DNA of 64,000 nucleotides, taken from assembly GCA_951406725.2 (NCBI GenBank), contig OX597827.1, positions 4,278,001 through 4,342,000 on the forward strand, read 5' to 3'. The notes under the pieces were generated by a model. It was not told the origin of the DNA, did not search any database, and was given only the letters and a program-made list of their open reading frames with translations. Shown here piece by piece: positions 59,049 to 64,000 of the stretch. Position 1 is the stretch's first letter. Each line of letters opens with the position of its first letter. The stretch comes from Octopus vulgaris (lineage: Eukaryota). Made by a program: the position numbers and the translations under genes.

Positions 59049-59414
59049 CTGGGAATTAACATATAACCAATATAAATTAGATAATAACAGCTGATGTTAT
59101 TTTTGTCTAATAATTTTTAAAATCTTTGGCTTTAGCCTTAGAGGTAGACAGGAACCATATTTATAAAGAGTAAAAATGTAGGTAAGGTTAAATAGACAGG
59201 AGCAAAGAAGTAGTATGGAAAGAGAGCATAATAGAGGATGCAATATGTTAACCATTTTAAGTGAACATTTGGAATTTTAAATTGACATATCAGTTATAAG
59301 TTCATTGACTTTTCTGGTTTAAAATAAACAACATTAGCTACTTGGTTAAAACAAGAAACATAATGTAGTATGTGTTTCTGGAAGCTTGATTTAAACTTAC
59401 TAGATTGAAATTTC

Positions 59415-59419
<5 letters not shown>

Positions 59420-59477
<58 letters not shown>

Positions 59478-59952
59478 CACACACACACACGCACACACAA
59501 ACTCACACACGCACACACACACGCACACACACACACGCACACACAAACTCACACATGCACACACACACACGCACGCACACACACACACACGCACGCACAC
59601 ACACACTCCACATACACATACATACACAACACATACACACACTCAAACACATACACACACACACACATACATGCACACACACACACACATGCACACACAT
59701 ACGCACATACACACACACGCACACATACACACACACACACACACACATGCACACACATACACACACACACACACATGCACACACACACACACACACACAC
59801 CACATACACATGCATACACAACACATACACACACTCAAACACATACATGTACACACACACACACACACACACATACACGCACACATACACGCACACACAC
59901 ACACACCACATACACATACATACACAACACATACACACACTCAAACACACAT
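59420..59952. repeat. Compound (CA)n array with higher-order duplications
   Basis: Unit cacatacacat(a/g)catacacaacacatacacacactcaaacacata occurs three times (near 59609, 59799, 59907). Confidence 0.85.
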
Positions 59953-60845
59953 AGATGATAATGTTTTATGTAAAAATATTAAAATATGAGATATATTGTC
60001 ATAGGTTATTAAGCTACTGAAAATTACAGTAAATTTTATGTTTTATAGCAAATTGCAGGAAGAAAAAAAAGGAGAAAATAAATACTATATAGAATAAGAC
60101 AAAAGTTATAAATATGATGGGTCAAAAGCCAACCACAAAAATACAAAAACAAAAAAAAAAGCTTCAAACAAATCAGATAATCTTTTTCTTAAAAAGGCAA
60201 ATATATCAAACATAAAATAAGCAAATATGTCAAAAACAAAGTCATTAAGTTAACCTGGCACAGAATATCAAAATTTGCAGAACATGAACTTATAGATCTT
60301 CAGACCATGGTCTTATATATCTGTAGACCACAGACTTTAAAAATTCTTATATTTATTCATAAAGATTTTATTCATTTTAACAGAGATTATTGTAAAGAAT
60401 TAGTGAATTTTATTGGTTTCATAACAATTACACTACATAATGCCATATGTTAATAGTATAAAATGTGAATGCAAAAATATTTAGTTTTGTTATGAATATG
60501 ATTTTTACAGTAATGGTGAAATATGCTTTTGAAGATTAAATTTTTATTTTGTGTCATAAGCTATATAGGTTGAAATCTACACACTTATATGGATTAGAAC
60601 TAAACTTGTGTTGACTGTTTCAGTTCAGAATTATATTTTGTATAGTTTTATAAATTACAAAGTATTTGTTAGCAGATTTCATCCATAAAGTAATGCTGAT
60701 CATATTCTCTCCCTCGCTTTTGAATGTTGCTTCTCTACAGGAATCTGCTTACCTTCCTTCCCTCTTTTCTTTCATACTTTAATCTCTCATCTCCTTGTAT
60801 AATAATCCTACCAAAACCTCCTCAAGTTTTGTAACATTGTGAGCT

Positions 60846-60900
60846 GCATGATGAATTTACTAGTACTGGTGGCATGATGAATTTACTAGTACTGGTGGCA
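60846..60900. repeat. Perfect 26-bp tandem duplication
   Basis: gcatgatgaatttactagtactggtg repeated twice at the 5' edge of a family B fragment. Confidence 0.9.
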
Positions 60901-61210
60901 CCCAGTGCTTACTATAAAATAGTTGGCATTTGGAAGGGCATCCAGCTGTAGAAACCTTGCCTTAGCAGACACTGGTGCACAATGCAGTTCTTGAACCCAT
61001 CAGACCCAGTCAAACCATCCAATCCATGGCAGCAGAGAATATGAATGTTAAATGATGATGAAGTAATTTTTTGGTGAGAACTGCTTTGGAACTATATATG
61101 TACGAATGTCTTAGTGAGGGAAACAGTAAGTAGTTACTCAACCTGCAACAAATATAAAAACCAATTTTCCATCAAATCATACTCTACTGTCTTAAAAGGG
61201 GAAAGATACA

Positions 61211-61458
61211 TTACTCTTTACTCTTTTACTTGTTTCAGTCATTTGACTGCGGCCATGCTGGAGCACCGCCTTTAATCAAGCAACTCGACCCCCTAAGTGT
61301 TTATGTCCCCATCACTTAGCGATTCGGCAAAAGAGACCGATAGAATAAGTACTGGGCTTACAAAGAATAAGTCCCGGGGTCAGTTTCCTTGACTAAAGAC
61401 GTTGCTCCAGCATGGTTGCAGTCAAATGACTGAAACAAGTAAAAGAGTAAAAGAGTAA
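61211..61458. mobile_element. Fold-back element made of two inverted family A 3' ends
   Basis: 61211-61291 is the reverse complement of about 61374-61458. Confidence 0.9.
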
Positions 61459-62015
61459 GTGACAAATATTGATAAAAGGCAAGAAATCAATGGGAATAGA
61501 TATTAAAATAAACCTTGTAAGTTAACTTCCTTTAATTTGTTTAACTAAAAGCAACAGGAGTTTGGGGTGACTGAACAACAGTAAGGGTTTACAATGTAAA
61601 AGGACTGACTAGAGTAGAATTATTTTGTAATATTATGAGTAGCTCAATTCCATTAAAATCACATTCGATTAACACTCTACCTTTTAATATGGGCTACAAG
61701 GATTAGCAATCCATAACCTCCAAGACCTACACATTTATTATGTCAATACATTTATTAACTTTTATCTATGTTTCGATTGCTAATAAATGTAGTCTGTAGT
61801 ATATAAGTTTATCCTCATTGACAACTATTAATACTTGTGGTATCCAGTATAAACAAAAGCCTTTACCCAAATAGTGCATAGAAACAACATTATATGAACA
61901 AATAATTGGCTGTATATACAGTAAAAGAATATTAAAACCATCCAACAAAAGCAGAAAAAAATATTCTCTTAGACTCACAAAGAAAAGCTCATTGTTTAGT
62001 TTATTCCATACTTAC

Positions 62016-62098
62016 TCCTATAGAAGTATTTAAAATGAATCTAAAACCTTTATTACATGACAAATCTTGAGACGGGAAATGAGTAAATGATGATATTA
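62016..62098 (-). CDS. Internal coding exon (phase 1 to 0) of unidentified gene A: xISSFTHFPSQDLSCNKGFRFILNTSIG
   Basis: Minus-strand acceptor tgtttcag, donor GGA|gtaagt; 83 nt open; its phase-0 end matches the next exon. Confidence 0.5.
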
Positions 62099-62559
62099 CT
62101 GAAACATTTGATTATATTTCCTATAGAATAAAGTGGCTGCGTTCTAGAAATGTATTTTTCAAAATAAAGGTAAACTGTTTATTGCCACAGGTTTATGAAT
62201 AATACATCAGATTGTGAAGAAGAAGAATTTGATCAATTATTACTTTTCACCAGGGACTTCAGTTTATTCATCCATTATGTGTCTTATATTCAGCTAAAAA
62301 CCAGAAAAAGAAAACCCTAAAATCTGAAAATCTTTACTTTAAGAGCTACTAAGGGGGCTGCTAAAATTAACTTCTTTATTCTATCTCAATGGTATATTGA
62401 GAGAAAATAGAAAGGAAATCTATGGGCAATTTCAACATAGAGAAATAAACTGCTAGAAACCATAGGATATATATGCATATTTTAGCATTCTATGTAAGAG
62501 TGAAATAGTTCAGAGGTATGAAGATAATATGAATGTAAAATTGTGTTCAATACAAACTC

Positions 62560-63210
62560 AATAATCGGGAAGATTGGCAAAACATTTAGACTGTGAAGAG
62601 GAAGAAAGAAAAGAAGTTCTTAAATCGATTTAGATAATAAGGAAAAGAATAAATTATCAAAAACTTTAACCTGTGTCGCTGGCAATGATGTCGAAACAAA
62701 GAGATGTTTTATGAAGAAGAAATAAAAATAATGCACTTTGCATCTCTTAAAGTAGTGAGAGTAGAGTGAAACAGCAAGACATAGAGTAAATCTTTGAGCA
62801 TTATCGAATGAAGAGTGAAAGGAGATGCATGTGAGTGAAAACAAATTAGCGTAACTTAATTTGGTAGAGGTTAGATTGCAGGGTAGCAGAGGAAATATAT
62901 GGATGCTATTATAATATAATTCACTGCTGTTATGCTGAAGGGTGGAGTTTGGAGTTGTAGGAAGATAATGTGTGGTAGGAGTGAAGTGCAGATAAGTACT
63001 ATGTAATTTAATGAGGTTACAGAGAAGAGCTGGAAGAAGAAAATGCATATAATGTTAGAGGGTGAAATGTAATTTATTTGGGATGTGCAGAAAGAATGAA
63101 AGTATAATAAATACACAGACCGAATCGCTACAGTGGGATTTAGTCAGGTTGGAGAGAAAAGTCTAGAGGTTAGAAGCATCTATGGAACTAATCAGTGTGC
63201 ACTGTGTTGT
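62560..63210 (-). mobile_element. Decayed CR1/L2-like LINE 3' fragment
   Basis: KRCKVHYFYFFFIKH..SLP resembles R.RT.HY..SFF.RT..WNSLP at the end of CR1/L2 ORF2. Confidence 0.35.
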
Positions 63211-64000
63211 ACAAAGTTATATAGAGATGATAATGTGAAAAGAGATTTTATATATATAGAGAGAGAAAGAGATAGATAGATATATGTACATACATACATA
63301 CATGCATACATACATACATACATACATACACATACATACATATATACATAAATGCATGTGTGAGTGTGTGCATGTAAATACATATTCATGTACATACATG
63401 TTTATAGATGTGTGTGTATATATATATATATCATCCATTATATTATATATAAATAAAATATTATATTATATATTATATTACATTATATGTATATTATATT
63501 ATATATATATATATATATATATATGCGTGTTTGCATGTCCATGCATGTATGTGCATGTGGATATGTATGTATCCATGTATGTGTGTATGTGTGTATGTGT
63601 GTATGTATGTATGTATGCATGTATCTGTGAATGGATCTCAAACTTTCTGATCATGAGTGTTCACTTGTTTGATCGACTCAACTACAAGACTCTTTGAAGT
63701 CATGTGCAACTGGCTGAATGTTCCACAGATATGCATGCCATTTATATAATTCTCAGATAAAATTAGTATGACATGGTATGACATGAATAAATTGCAGGTA
63801 CAATTCGTCCAACAGGCTTCTTCGCAGTCTCCATCTACCCAATTCAACTCACAGGGCGTGGGTCAATATATAATATGACATTTGCTAAGTATGCCATACA
63901 ATGGGATGAAAATCGAACTTCATAATCTTGAACCAAATTTCTTACCAATTCAGCCATATGTGTGTATGTATTTATATATAAATGTGTGTGTGTGTGTATA

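Noticed and set aside
60846-60900. Box C (ATGATGA) motifs suggesting a C/D snoRNA
   Set aside because: They come from a tandem duplication; there is no box D or terminal stem at a suitable distance.
61979-62010. Alternative micro-exon xWNKLNNELFF with gtgagt donor
   Set aside because: It needs a weak acceptor overlapping the better gtaagt donor at 62015, and extending the 62098 exon to this donor meets an in-frame TAA.

Overview
AT-rich, extremely microsatellite-dense eukaryotic DNA. The SINE families and repeat landscape resemble a coleoid cephalopod, most likely Octopus (inferred from remembered repeats, not a database match). Almost all ORFs in the supplied track are translations of (TA)n, (CA)n, (TACA)n, (GATA)n or triplet repeats. 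The supportable content is: (1) the 3' part of an unidentified minus-strand protein-coding gene, with four phase-compatible exons at 62098-56023; (2) scattered minus-strand exon-like segments at 10-40 kb that do not chain into one ORF; (3) at least five SINE-like families; (4) decayed LINEs of R4/Dong-like, RTE-like, L1/Tx1-like and CR1/L2-like type, a mariner nested in the R4/Dong relic, a complete non-autonomous Helitron and MITEs. The most interesting signals are a set of short elements carrying minimal hammerhead-ribozyme cores and ending in microsatellites, a same-orientation SINE array spaced by (AAT)n, a shared SINE/LINE 3' tail, and a fold-back SINE hairpin inside an intron. Repeat boundaries were read by eye and are approximate.
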